The translations under genes and the position numbers were made by a program. A DNA stretch of 64,000 nucleotides from positions 256,001 through 320,000 of the forward strand of contig CBDBPB010000004.1 in the NCBI GenBank assembly GCA_965208615.1, in the 5' to 3' direction. The DNA comes from Spirochaetota bacterium (GTDB lineage: Bacteria; Spirochaetota; UBA6919; CBDBPB01). Of the stretch, positions 36,982 to 46,951 are shown in pieces. Every line of letters starts with the position of its first letter. Position 1 is the first letter of the stretch. The notes under the pieces are model-generated. The model made no database searches, was not told the DNA's origin, and saw only the letters and a program-made list of their open reading frames with translations.

Positions 36982-39126
36982 ATGGAAATTATTAAACGTG
37001 GTACAATATTACCACAAGAAGAAGTAGTTGCTAATAAAATACGCCAACTACCAAACAACTGGTGGTGTATTGCAGGAGATAGTAATAGGTTTACCTTTAA
37101 AAAAGGTTATGGTAGTCAAATAGATTTCTTAATTATATCCCCAAAGGGAGTTTTTTTAATTGACTCCAAAAATGTTAGTACCATAGAACTTAGTGAAGGT
37201 AATCTAGTAAGTTTTTATAATTCATCAGGCAAGCAAATTAGAAAAAAACGAGAAAATCCTGTTGAAGAAGTAATAGAAAATAAATATAATGCAAAAGACT
37301 GGCTTAGAAATAAAGGTATTAAAGACCTATTAACCCCCGATAACAAAGATTTAAAAGTATATATACACGGATTAGTTGTTATCTCTAACGATAACGTAAA
37401 ATATAAAAATTGTAGTCTAAAACAGTTAAACTATTACTCTCATAAATATAAAACATTAATCCCAATAGAAGAGCTAAATAAAGACTTTTTTGAATCTATT
37501 GATCTCCCTCCAAACTGCAAAAAACTAACCAAAGAAGAAATGTGGACTCTATATAAAATATTTTATAACCCCGATATGAACTTTTCTCAAATCCTTACAG
37601 AGGTTAAGCGTGAGGCTGATTCTTTAGTACAAGAAAAATATGTCTTTTTTGAGAAGGTACGTATTTTAGAAAATGAAAACCTTAACCTAAATAAAAAGGT
37701 TGATGAGCTTGAGGGTACTAGGAATAACCTTATTACAATGAACCAAGACCTTAATGATAAAACTAACCTACTAGACAATCAAGTAAAATCTTTATCCAAG
37801 GAAATAGCCTTATCTAAAGAGTTAAACAAAATATTAAAAGAAGGAAATACTAAATATGAAAATATTGAAAATGACCTAAAAATAACTACTGATAAAGCTA
37901 ATACCCTTAGAGCAAAAATAATAATATTAGAATCAGAAAATAAAAAACTTATAAAAAAAACAGAAAAACAAAAACAACATAATCAACTAACCATTTTTAA
38001 AATTACATCAGTAATATTAGCCAGCTTATTAAGTATATGGGTAATATATTTCTTTGTAAAAGTACCCACTAATAACGGTATTATAGAGGTTTATGGCTCT
38101 AGAAAGATATTTTATAGATTAGAGAAATACTACCCCTCCATTAGAAAGCTATATGAAAATAAGAACTATAATAAAGCAATTCAATTTTGGCAAAATAATG
38201 TATTAGCCGGTAAAGATTTTAAATCTCAGGATATGCATGGCTATGATAATATTTTTTTCTATTTGGCAGTATCTTATCAAAAGAAAGGCTCTTTGGATAA
38301 TGCTATAAAATATTATGATATTTTTACTGAGCTTTCCCAAAATAGAAACCATAAAAAACTACTAGAGGCATACCTTAATAGAGTAGATATACATAAAAAA
38401 AAGAAGGATATACCTCGTGCTATAGGGGCTTTACAGGATGCTAAAGAAATTGTAAAAAATATATTTAAAAACTCCAATGAAAAACCTTTATGGGATATCC
38501 GTATTTATAACTCATTAGCAGGAGTTTATAGGCTGGTTGGGAGTTTACGCCTTGCTGAGCAAAAGGACCTGGGTATAAAAAATCCATATGAGTTGGCTAT
38601 GACTAATTATTATAATGCTATTAGAATAGCGTCTAGGGTTAAAAATTATATTGTTGAATCAAAGGTTCTTTTAGAAATTGCAAATATGTTTTTAAAGGAT
38701 AAAAAAGACTATAGAAGAGCCATTAAAAAGTTTGATGCCATTATTACCTTTTTAAAAAAAAATAAAAACAACTTTGACAAGGCTGATAAAAACTCTATAG
38801 ATAGAATAAGAATGACCGTATATCATGGTTTGGGAGTTGCTTTCGCTAATATAAATAATAATATTAATGCTGAACAAAACTACTTAACCGCTATTGAGAT
38901 TAGTGAAAATTATAAAGATAAAATATATGAGGCCACTTTTAGACTTAATCTTGCTAATTTGTATAAACATCTCAAAAAATATAGTAAGGCACAATATCAG
39001 ATTGAAAAAGCATATAGTATTGCCCAAAAGCTTTATAAACAAAAAAAGCTTTCACAGCCCTACTTTGATAGATATGCTGATACGCTTGATCAGCTCACTA
39101 AGTTATATAAAATTAACAATAAGTAA
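36982..39126 (+). CDS. NERD nuclease-domain / coiled-coil / TM / TPR protein
   Basis: NERD motifs QEEVV...QIDFLIISPKGVFLIDSKN...ENPV; coiled coil at about aa 205-335; TM ITSVILASLLSIWVIYFFV; TPR array to the C-terminus. Confidence 0.8.
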   Translation: MEIIKRGTILPQEEVVANKIRQLPNNWWCIAGDSNRFTFKKGYGSQIDFLIISPKGVFLIDSKNVSTIELSEGNLVSFYNSSGKQIRKKRENPVEEVIENKYNAKDWLRNKGIKDLLTPDNKDLKVYIHGLVVISNDNVKYKNCSLKQLNYYSHKYKTLIPIEELNKDFFESIDLPPNCKKLTKEEMWTLYKIFYNPDMNFSQILTEVKREADSLVQEKYVFFEKVRILENENLNLNKKVDELEGTRNNLITMNQDLNDKTNLLDNQVKSLSKEIALSKELNKILKEGNTKYENIENDLKITTDKANTLRAKIIILESENKKLIKKTEKQKQHNQLTIFKITSVILASLLSIWVIYFFVKVPTNNGIIEVYGSRKIFYRLEKYYPSIRKLYENKNYNKAIQFWQNNVLAGKDFKSQDMHGYDNIFFYLAVSYQKKGSLDNAIKYYDIFTELSQNRNHKKLLEAYLNRVDIHKKKKDIPRAIGALQDAKEIVKNIFKNSNEKPLWDIRIYNSLAGVYRLVGSLRLAEQKDLGIKNPYELAMTNYYNAIRIASRVKNYIVESKVLLEIANMFLKDKKDYRRAIKKFDAIITFLKKNKNNFDKADKNSIDRIRMTVYHGLGVAFANINNNINAEQNYLTAIEISENYKDKIYEATFRLNLANLYKHLKKYSKAQYQIEKAYSIAQKLYKQKKLSQPYFDRYADTLDQLTKLYKINNK

Positions 39127-39177
39127 GCCTTTATAAAATATAATGTTTATTATTAGTATATTAAAACTATTATATAT

Positions 39178-39852
39178 ATGGGGGATTTTATGCATAACAT
39201 TGGTGTTGTCTTATCTGGATGCGGGGTATACGATGGGAGTGAGATTCACGAGGCTGTATTAACCCTTTTATCTATTGACAAAGTTAATGCTAAGGCTATT
39301 ATTATGGCTCCTGATATTGATCAGATGCATGTGATTAATCACCTAACTGGTCAAGTAGCTAACAACGAAAGTCGAAACGTTTTAGCGGAATCTGCACGAA
39401 TTGCCAGAGGAGATATTAAAAATATTAAAGATATTTCCCAAAAAGACCTAGATGCTCTTATATTCCCAGGTGGATTTGGTGCGGCTAAAAACTTGTCTAA
39501 CTTTGCTGTTAAAGGAAATGAATGCTCCGTAAATGAACAGGTCATAAGGCTCTTTAAAGAAATGGTTAATGCTAAAAAGCCTATAGGTGCTGTATGTATT
39601 GCTCCTGTTATTACCGCTAAGGCCTTTGAGAGTACTAATACTAAAGTCAGCCTAACCATTGGCAGTGACAAGGATACAGCTTCTGCAGTAGAAAGAATGG
39701 GAGCTAAACATATTAATTGTCCAGCTAAAGAGGTTGTTATTGATAAAGAAAATAAAATTATATCTACTCCTGCGTATATGTTGGACAGTAGAATATCTGA
39801 GGTTGCAGAAGGAATTGATAAGCTGGTAGGTGCAATAGTTAATATGATATAG
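39178..39852 (+). CDS. elbB: Glyoxalase ElbB (DJ-1/PfpI, ES1 family)
   Basis: Motifs LSGCGVYDGSEIHEAV, ESARIARG, PGGFGAAKNL, CIAP, STPAYM. True start may be ATG 39190. Confidence 0.95.
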   Translation: MGDFMHNIGVVLSGCGVYDGSEIHEAVLTLLSIDKVNAKAIIMAPDIDQMHVINHLTGQVANNESRNVLAESARIARGDIKNIKDISQKDLDALIFPGGFGAAKNLSNFAVKGNECSVNEQVIRLFKEMVNAKKPIGAVCIAPVITAKAFESTNTKVSLTIGSDKDTASAVERMGAKHINCPAKEVVIDKENKIISTPAYMLDSRISEVAEGIDKLVGAIVNMI

Positions 39853-40624
39853 TATTTAGGGCGGATAATGCTGTTTGAATAAGTTTTTTATGAGCTTGTT
39901 TAATTGCCTTGCCTTTAAAGCAAGGTAGCCATTTATTATCTATAATTAAATCACTTACTGCGAAAATAGATGCTATATGAACTTTATGATATTGTGCTAT
40001 TGCAAATAATGATGCTGACTCCATATCAATACATATTGCATTTTTTTGTTTATAAAAATTAACTATTTTACTAGTCTCTCTATATGGAGTCGAGATTGTT
40101 AATGAATTTCCTGTTTTATAGTTTAGGCTATTTTTGATTAATGTATTCTCTATTATATTTGTGAGAGTCTTTGAGGAAGATATTTTATCTTTATTTTGTG
40201 TATAGAGCTTTGCTATACCTTCTTTGCTATAAGATGAAATAGGGATTATTATATCATAGTGGCATAACTTATTAGATATTCCACAGGCAAGCCCAATAGA
40301 TATTATAAAGTTAACACCACAAAAAATAAGTTCTTCTAATACCATGCTTGCAAGGTTTGCACCAAAAGGAAGACTAACTAATAATATGGGCTTATCGTTA
40401 TAATTAAATATGCTAAGTTTAACATAATCCCCTAACCATAAAATATTTTTCTCTGTAGAAAACCTTTTATTTATGTAAGAAGGTGATTGAACAAAAAAAG
40501 ATAATATTGCGTACTTAGGAATATTTTTTAATAGCTGGTTATATCCTTTACCCAGCCTAATAGATAGAATATCCTTAGGATTAATTATTGAACTATCATT
40601 ATTAATTTGTTTTTCAAAATGCAT
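39839..40624 (-). CDS. Nucleoside phosphorylase (PNP/UDP family)
   Basis: Motifs EELIFCGV, IGLACG, PYRET, CIDMESASLFA, VSD. Confidence 0.85.
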   Translation of the reverse strand: MHFEKQINNDSSIINPKDILSIRLGKGYNQLLKNIPKYAILSFFVQSPSYINKRFSTEKNILWLGDYVKLSIFNYNDKPILLVSLPFGANLASMVLEELIFCGVNFIISIGLACGISNKLCHYDIIIPISSYSKEGIAKLYTQNKDKISSSKTLTNIIENTLIKNSLNYKTGNSLTISTPYRETSKIVNFYKQKNAICIDMESASLFAIAQYHKVHIASIFAVSDLIIDNKWLPCFKGKAIKQAHKKLIQTALSALNTISY

Positions 40625-40708
40625 TATTATATCCGATTAATATTATCCTTAGTTGTTAAATATAGCAAATTAAAAAGATTGTAGTAAAATAGACTCTTAG
40701 GACTACTT

Positions 40709-41632
40709 ATGAAAAAAATAATTTTATTTATACTAATTATACTAAATACTGGGCTAATTCTTAAATGCGAAGATAATGACTATCCTAAATACTATAAAAA
40801 ACGAAGGTGGTGCAAAAAAACTAAAGAATTTAGTTATAGAATGCCTATAGAAGAAACTAAGGCGAAAAAAAACTTCAATAAGCTGTTTAAAAAAGGGAAT
40901 TATATTGTTCACGGACAATTTAAAGATCCAGAATATCCTATTGGAAACTGGTTTTACTATGACTCAAAAAATAGAGTGGCTAAAGAAGAGGCTTATAAAA
41001 ACGCCTATATAGCTGATGAGTTCGTCTATGAGTATGATAGTAATTCTAATAAGCTCTCTGAAACACATTATGTTTATAGTGATAAATCTGAAAAGAGGCT
41101 TCGTATTAAGTCTGAATATAGTTATGACTACAAGATTAAAAAAAAAGGTCTATTAATTGAGGCAAGGCACTACAATGCGGCAAGACTGGATGAGGTTATA
41201 AGGTATGAATACTTAAACAATGGACTCCTAAGAAAAAAAAGTCTTTACTTATATGATAACAGACTAAAAAGTTATAATTTATATAGCTATAATCCAAGTG
41301 GACTACTTAAACAGGAAAAAATATATACAACAAAAGGCCTAGAGAAAAATGCCGTATATAAACTTAATCTAGTTATAACCTATAGTTATAACAATAAAAA
41401 TAGCTTAGTTAAACGAGAAAAATATAAGCCTAATAAAGGCGATTATAATAAGCTGGTTGATATTTCAGAATATACCTATAACAAAAAGGATAACCTTATT
41501 AAAAAAGTAGATCTTAACTCAAAAAAAGAAAAGTTATCAGAAATCCGTTTATACTACGATAAATATAACTGCAAGTCTAAAGAGGAGTACTATAACGGAA
41601 AAGGTGAATTAGAAGATATAAAAAACTTTTAA
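40709..41632 (+). CDS. Putative lipoprotein with YD-like repeats
   Basis: Signal peptide ending LILK-C; repeated YEYDSNS, YSYNPSG, YTYNKKD, YYNGKG units. Confidence 0.7.
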   Translation: MKKIILFILIILNTGLILKCEDNDYPKYYKKRRWCKKTKEFSYRMPIEETKAKKNFNKLFKKGNYIVHGQFKDPEYPIGNWFYYDSKNRVAKEEAYKNAYIADEFVYEYDSNSNKLSETHYVYSDKSEKRLRIKSEYSYDYKIKKKGLLIEARHYNAARLDEVIRYEYLNNGLLRKKSLYLYDNRLKSYNLYSYNPSGLLKQEKIYTTKGLEKNAVYKLNLVITYSYNNKNSLVKREKYKPNKGDYNKLVDISEYTYNKKDNLIKKVDLNSKKEKLSEIRLYYDKYNCKSKEEYYNGKGELEDIKNF

Positions 41633-41659
41633 TATAGCCTTTTATAAAAATAAGATTTT

Positions 41660-41956
41660 CTATAAAGTGTTATCTTGTTTTTTTAAGAAATTAAATTCTT
41701 TTGATAGAAGGTTGCCAATAGTTTTTGCCGCGGCCTCAGAATCCTCGCCAATAGCCTCTATAGTAAGTTCAGTGCCATAGCTTGCGGCTAATGTCAAAAG
41801 GTCTAGTATACTTTTTCCGTTTACTTTTAAATCACCCTTTTGAATATAAATATCGCTAACAAACTGATTTGCTACTTCTATAATCTGCATAGATGGTCTA
41901 GCGTGTATACCATCATGATTTTTTACTATAACCTTAACCAAAAAACTATTTTCCAT
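41660..41956 (-). CDS. ptsH: Phosphocarrier protein HPr
   Basis: GIHARPS (His15) and NGKSILDLLTL (Ser46). Confidence 0.93.
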   Translation of the reverse strand: MENSFLVKVIVKNHDGIHARPSMQIIEVANQFVSDIYIQKGDLKVNGKSILDLLTLAASYGTELTIEAIGEDSEAAAKTIGNLLSKEFNFLKKQDNTL

Positions 41957-42263
41957 ATAAAAAATACAGAGAATTAAACAATTTTTTTTTAAAGCTAATT
42001 TTTTATAACTAAAGTGTCAAGATTATATAGTAATATTTTTTTTATTATTAGCTCATATTACAAAAAATAACTAAAAATATTGGCTCGAAAATAAAAATAG
42101 CTTCTCTTAGCAAATATTTTAGCACTATTAATCGATTTATGAAAAATAAATTAAATAATAAAGGCATCTATAGTAGATTATTTTATAAATAGCCTGCCCT
42201 ATTTGTTAATAAGGCTAGCTATATTATAAAATATTATAGTTAATATAACTTAGCTATTATCGA

Positions 42264-42614
42264 TTAGATTGTTAACAAATGACCTATTTTAGCATCTAGC
42301 TTTTTTTTAAGAAAGTCAAAAAGCATACGACTAATGGCAAAAATCAGCTCATAATCGGGTACTCTTTTGTCTAGCTCCAAAAAGCCAATACTCCAATACT
42401 CATTATAATCATATACGCTAAGATAAACACCTTGATATTCTAAAATATACTTCCATGTACTTTCTTCAGTCCTAAGGCTATTACCATTTGGTTTACCAAA
42501 TTTTTCTTTCATGATAGTAAATAAAGCACCAGCATTATTATTATTAATAAAAATGCCTCCGCTATCTTCCAGAGCATATTTGGATACCAGGACTTTTCGA
42601 AATCTCCCTTCCAT
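42264..42614 (-). CDS. Hypothetical protein, probably sigma28-controlled
   Basis: AGGAG RBS, 116 aa, FliA-type promoter upstream. Confidence 0.7.
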   Translation of the reverse strand: MEGRFRKVLVSKYALEDSGGIFINNNNAGALFTIMKEKFGKPNGNSLRTEESTWKYILEYQGVYLSVYDYNEYWSIGFLELDKRVPDYELIFAISRMLFDFLKKKLDAKIGHLLTI

Positions 42615-42646
42615 GGTTTAGACTCCTGAAAAGTTATTCAAAATTG

Positions 42647-42673
42647 TAATCGGTATTAAAACAAAAATATTTA
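42647..42673 (-). promoter_or_regulatory. sigma28 (FliA)-type promoter
   Basis: TAAA-tatttttgttttaata(16 nt)-CCGATTA. Confidence 0.6.
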
Positions 42674-42987
42674 AGCTTTCAAAAGAAGTAATATTTTTTT
42701 TTATAAGCCAACGAATATGATAAAGCCATTTAGAGATAGCATTAATAAAGGCTTTATTTAACCTTATAGGTATTGTTAGATACTAGTATTTTAATTATAA
42801 CTTGTTCTATATTTTAACTCAAAAATTAGCTTTTTTTAAAACTTTTAATTTAACTAATGAAATACTTATTTTAAAGTAGTGTTAATATTATTAGTATTAT
42901 ATTAAAAAAACGCTTATGACTAGTTTAAAAGTTTTTATCTATAATACCGTGCCATTACAAAAATAAAAGACTTTTCAAGGAGAAGTT

Positions 42988-44076
42988 ATGTATCACCCTC
43001 CTATCAAGATATTAAACTCTGATATAAAAACCCTAACAAAAAACATATTAAAAGATTATCTTATATACGGTCCAGTACTTAAATCTGAAGAAAAAAATGC
43101 AAAACAAAAAGAATACTTTTCTTTTGAGGAAATAAAAACTGCCGATGCTTTAAAGCTCAATTACGATACCTCACTACTACCCCCAGTCAAAACCTTTTTC
43201 CCTAATGATGAAAAACTAATAAGCTTTAAAGTAAAAGATATAAGCCAAACAAAAAAGGTATTAGAAACTAATTCTAAAGTTCTTTTTGGCGTTCACCCAT
43301 GTGATCTATATGCCATAGAGATTATGGATAAAATATTTAGCGGTAATCCTGCCGATGAGAATTATATTGCAAGAAGAAAAAATACTATAATAATTGGACT
43401 AAACTGTAGTAAACCCTGTAGAGATAAATGTATGTGTTATGACAAGGGTACATACAAAATTAACGGCTCACAACTAAATAATAATAATGAACTATGTGAT
43501 ATTATAATGTGGGAGAGTGAAGGATGCTATATCTTAGAAGTAAAAACTCAGGCAGGAAAAAAACTCATAGAAAAATACAATATTTTTAAGCCCTTTGAAG
43601 AAGATTTTAAAAAGTTTACCTCCGACTATAATAGTAAACAAGAAAAAGTCTTTAAGCGTAAATTAGTAGATGACATTGGCGATCTCAAAAAAGCTATAGA
43701 ACAAAGCTACAACTCAAATATTTGGAATGAAGAAGGTAAAAAATGTCTCTCTTGCGGATCATGTAATTTTGTTTGTCCCACTTGCTACTGCTTTGAGACT
43801 TATGATAACCTTGACATTACATTAGAAGAGGGATATCGCTGTCGTAAATGGGATGCATGTCAGGAACAAGAATTTTCTTGCATTGGCAGTGGGGAAAACT
43901 TTAGAGAAAAGTCATCCCAAAGAAACCGTCATAGAATATTTAAAAAAGAAGTTTATATTCACAACAGGCTTGGGGTTTCTGGCTGTGTGGGATGTGGTCG
44001 CTGTAATAGTGTTTGCGTAGCAAATATTAGCCTTATCGATATTTATAACCAAGCTTTTGTAAAGGAGATTATATAG
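42988..44076 (+). CDS. Group 3b [NiFe]-hydrogenase (sulfhydrogenase) beta subunit, 4Fe-4S dicluster
   Basis: Motifs GVHPCD, CLSCGSCNFVCPTCYC, WDAC, GCVGCGRCNSVC (HydB/AsrA family). Confidence 0.9.
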   Translation: MYHPPIKILNSDIKTLTKNILKDYLIYGPVLKSEEKNAKQKEYFSFEEIKTADALKLNYDTSLLPPVKTFFPNDEKLISFKVKDISQTKKVLETNSKVLFGVHPCDLYAIEIMDKIFSGNPADENYIARRKNTIIIGLNCSKPCRDKCMCYDKGTYKINGSQLNNNNELCDIIMWESEGCYILEVKTQAGKKLIEKYNIFKPFEEDFKKFTSDYNSKQEKVFKRKLVDDIGDLKKAIEQSYNSNIWNEEGKKCLSCGSCNFVCPTCYCFETYDNLDITLEEGYRCRKWDACQEQEFSCIGSGENFREKSSQRNRHRIFKKEVYIHNRLGVSGCVGCGRCNSVCVANISLIDIYNQAFVKEII

Positions 44077-44916
44077 ATGAATGAAGCAGTAAAACTTGAA
44101 CAAGACTATATACCAATGCCTGCTAAGCTCATTAGTATAGAAAATATTACAAGATATGAAAAACTTTATACTCTTAATATAGAAAATGGGCAAAAAATAT
44201 ATTCTAAGCCATGCCAATTCGTTATGGTATCGCTTTTTGGCTTTGGAGAAGCTCCTATTAGTATATGCTCTGGCCCTGATGATGATAAACTACAACTATG
44301 TGTAAGAAAAGTGGGAATGCTTACAAGTAGACTCCATGAACTAAAAGTGGGAGACCTAATTGGAATAAGAGGTCCATACGGTAATGGCTTCCCTGTGGAT
44401 GTCCTTAAAGATAAAGATGTGCTACTAATTGGTGGAGGCTTAGGCTTAGCACCACTAAGATCATTAATCAGATATACTATGGAACATAGAGCCGATTTTA
44501 AAAAATTAACTATACTATACGGCTCTCAAAAACCAACCGATAGACTCTTTGTTAACGAAATTAACCAGTGGAAAACCGATGATAATATTGAATACCATGA
44601 AACCGTTGATACTGCTGATCAAACATGGAATGGTAATGTGGGAGTAATAACTACCCTGTTCAACCATATAGACCCTGATCCTAATAAAACAATTGCTGTA
44701 ATAGTTGGGCCACCAGTAATGTATAGATTTGTTATTCATGAACTCCTCGATAGATATTTTAACGTTAAACAAATATACGTTGACCTTGAAAGAAGAATGA
44801 GATGTGGTTTAGGAAAGTGCGGTCATTGCCAAATGAATGAGGTATACGTTTGTCAGAGTGGACCAATATTCTCTTTCAATGACATTGTAGACCAGAACCT
44901 AAAGGAGGCACTATAA
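44077..44916 (+). CDS. Group 3b hydrogenase gamma subunit (FAD/NAD(P)-binding, 2Fe-2S)
   Basis: Motifs GEAPISI, RGPYGNGF, GGGLGLAPLR, VGPPVM, ERRMRCGLGKCGHC...VCQSGP. Confidence 0.9.
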   Translation: MNEAVKLEQDYIPMPAKLISIENITRYEKLYTLNIENGQKIYSKPCQFVMVSLFGFGEAPISICSGPDDDKLQLCVRKVGMLTSRLHELKVGDLIGIRGPYGNGFPVDVLKDKDVLLIGGGLGLAPLRSLIRYTMEHRADFKKLTILYGSQKPTDRLFVNEINQWKTDDNIEYHETVDTADQTWNGNVGVITTLFNHIDPDPNKTIAVIVGPPVMYRFVIHELLDRYFNVKQIYVDLERRMRCGLGKCGHCQMNEVYVCQSGPIFSFNDIVDQNLKEAL

Positions 44917-45662
44917 TGAAACCGCGATTAGGATTATTTTCTTTTACAAGTTGTGAAGGCTGTCAACTACAGGTGCTAAATCTAGAGGCTGAACTCTTAG
45001 ATATATTGAATGCCGTAGATATTGTAAACTTCCGTGAGGCAATAGATGAAAAAAGTCAAGATTATGACATTGCCTTTGTAGAAGGCTCTATAACTACTTC
45101 GGCAGACCTAAAAGAAGTTAAAGAAATAAGACAAAATGCCAAAAAACTCGTCGCATTAGGTGCATGTGCTTGTATTGGTGGAGTTAACGCACTAAAAAAC
45201 TCCTTTTCTATGGACTTCTGTAAAGACCATGTATACAAAGATAAGGCCTATGCCTTTGATACCTTTCCCACTAAAAAAGTCTCTGACATTGTTAAAGTAG
45301 ACTTTGAGATACCAGGTTGCCCAATTAGTAAAAAAGAATTTGTAGAGGTTACCAAAAAACTATTGTTTGCTATACCTATTAAAATACCTAATTATTCGGT
45401 ATGCACAGAGTGTAAGATGAATGGGAATCTATGTTTATACGAAAAAAATGAGGTTTGCATTGGACCAATCACCAGAGGTGGCTGTGATGCAATATGTCCA
45501 ACTTTTAAGGACCCATGTCATGGTTGTAGGGGGTTTATGGATAATGCCAATTTTAGTGGTATGATTAAGGTCTTAGAAGATAATAATATTAGTGAAAAAC
45601 AAATAAAAAACTTATTCTCGCATTATAACGGCACTAAAACCCTAGAGGAGTATTTAGCATGA
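44916..45662 (+). CDS. Group 3b hydrogenase delta (small) subunit
   Basis: Motifs SCEGCQ, VEGS, GACACIGG, IPGCP, VCTEC, CIGPITRGGCDAICP, CHGCRG. TAATG overlap with the gamma gene. Confidence 0.9.
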   Translation: MKPRLGLFSFTSCEGCQLQVLNLEAELLDILNAVDIVNFREAIDEKSQDYDIAFVEGSITTSADLKEVKEIRQNAKKLVALGACACIGGVNALKNSFSMDFCKDHVYKDKAYAFDTFPTKKVSDIVKVDFEIPGCPISKKEFVEVTKKLLFAIPIKIPNYSVCTECKMNGNLCLYEKNEVCIGPITRGGCDAICPTFKDPCHGCRGFMDNANFSGMIKVLEDNNISEKQIKNLFSHYNGTKTLEEYLA

Positions 45663-46948
45663 AAAAACTCGATATTAACGTACACCACTTAACCCGTGTA
45701 GAAGGACATGGTAACATTGTCGTTAATTATGAAAAGGGCAAAGTTGAAAACTTTAAATTAGAAATAGTTGAATCTCCAAGATTCTTTGAGGTCATGCTAA
45801 AAGGAAGGCATTTTACAGATGCACCACAAATTACCTCTCGTATATGCGGTATATGTGCAGTAGGACATACCATTGCATCACTAAAAGCTTGTGAGAGTGC
45901 AATTGCTATTACACCATCTAAGCAAACACAAGAAATGCGAAAAATAATACTCAATGCAGAAATGATGCAAAGTCACGTTCTTCATGTATATTTTCTTGCT
46001 TTGCCAGACTTTTTAAATGTTAGCTCTGTTATCCCTCTTGTAAAAACTAATCCTGATGAGGTAAAGCGTGCATTAAGATTAAAAAAGCTTGCCAATGATA
46101 TATGTGAGGTATTAGTAGGTAGGCATGTACATCCAATATCTATGGTAGTTAACGGCTTTACAAAAATACCTGATGAAAATGACCTTCTTACAGTAAAAAA
46201 AATGCTATTGAATGCTGAAGATGATATTAATAAAATGATAGGTCTTTTTGGCTCAATAAAAATGCCAAAGTTTAGCAATAAGACTAATAATCTAGCAATC
46301 ACCAATAATAACGAATATGCATTTTATGACGGCATATTAACGACATCTAACGGTAATAAGCTCCCCGATAAAGATTATTTGAATCTTATTAAAGAAAACG
46401 TAGTTACCCACTCTTCGGCTAAGCATGTGGGTATAAATAACTCAACTTATATGGTTGGTGCATTGGCTCGTCTTAATTTGTCTTATGATAAGCTTCATCC
46501 AAAGGCTAAAAAAGTTCTAGACAATTATAACATCCCATTACCAGACTACAACTCCTTTAACAACAACCTAGCCCAGGTTATAGAAACTGTACACAGCTTT
46601 TACGATTCCCTTGAGCGAATTGACTATATATTAGATAGCAAAATTAAAAATGAGGACTACAAAGACTATAACATAAAAGCTGGTCGTGGTATTGGTGTAT
46701 GTGAGGTTCCAAGAGGAATACTGTTCCATGAGTATGAGGTTGATAATGATGGGATGATTACAAATGCTAACTGCATTATACCTACAGGACAGAATCTGGC
46801 TAATATTGAAAGTGATCTTAAAAAACGTGTACCTGAAATTATTGATATGACAAAAGAAGAGATTACCCATGATTTAGAGATGCTTGTTAGGGCCTATGAT
46901 CCATGTATTTCTTGTTCTGCCCATTTTTTGGATGTCAGCTTTATATAA
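45659..46948 (+). CDS. Group 3b [NiFe]-hydrogenase alpha (large) subunit
   Basis: TRVEGHG, L1 motif RICGICAVGH, EVPRG, L2 motif RAYDPCISCSAH plus a 7-aa cleavable tail. Confidence 0.93.
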   Translation: MKKLDINVHHLTRVEGHGNIVVNYEKGKVENFKLEIVESPRFFEVMLKGRHFTDAPQITSRICGICAVGHTIASLKACESAIAITPSKQTQEMRKIILNAEMMQSHVLHVYFLALPDFLNVSSVIPLVKTNPDEVKRALRLKKLANDICEVLVGRHVHPISMVVNGFTKIPDENDLLTVKKMLLNAEDDINKMIGLFGSIKMPKFSNKTNNLAITNNNEYAFYDGILTTSNGNKLPDKDYLNLIKENVVTHSSAKHVGINNSTYMVGALARLNLSYDKLHPKAKKVLDNYNIPLPDYNSFNNNLAQVIETVHSFYDSLERIDYILDSKIKNEDYKDYNIKAGRGIGVCEVPRGILFHEYEVDNDGMITNANCIIPTGQNLANIESDLKKRVPEIIDMTKEEITHDLEMLVRAYDPCISCSAHFLDVSFI

Positions 46949-46951
46949 AAC

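Noticed and set aside
40613-40640. Additional sigma28 promoter (CCGATTAA) upstream of the 40709 gene; a similar case lies upstream of murD near 63290
   Set aside because: There is no TAAA -35 element at the 16-nt spacing seen in the three accepted sites.
42938-42954. sigma54 promoter for the hydrogenase (TGGCACGG on the minus strand)
   Set aside because: It has no -12 GC element and points away from the operon.
45659-46948. Selenocysteine-containing [NiFeSe] hydrogenase
   Set aside because: All four metal ligands are Cys codons and there is no in-frame TGA.
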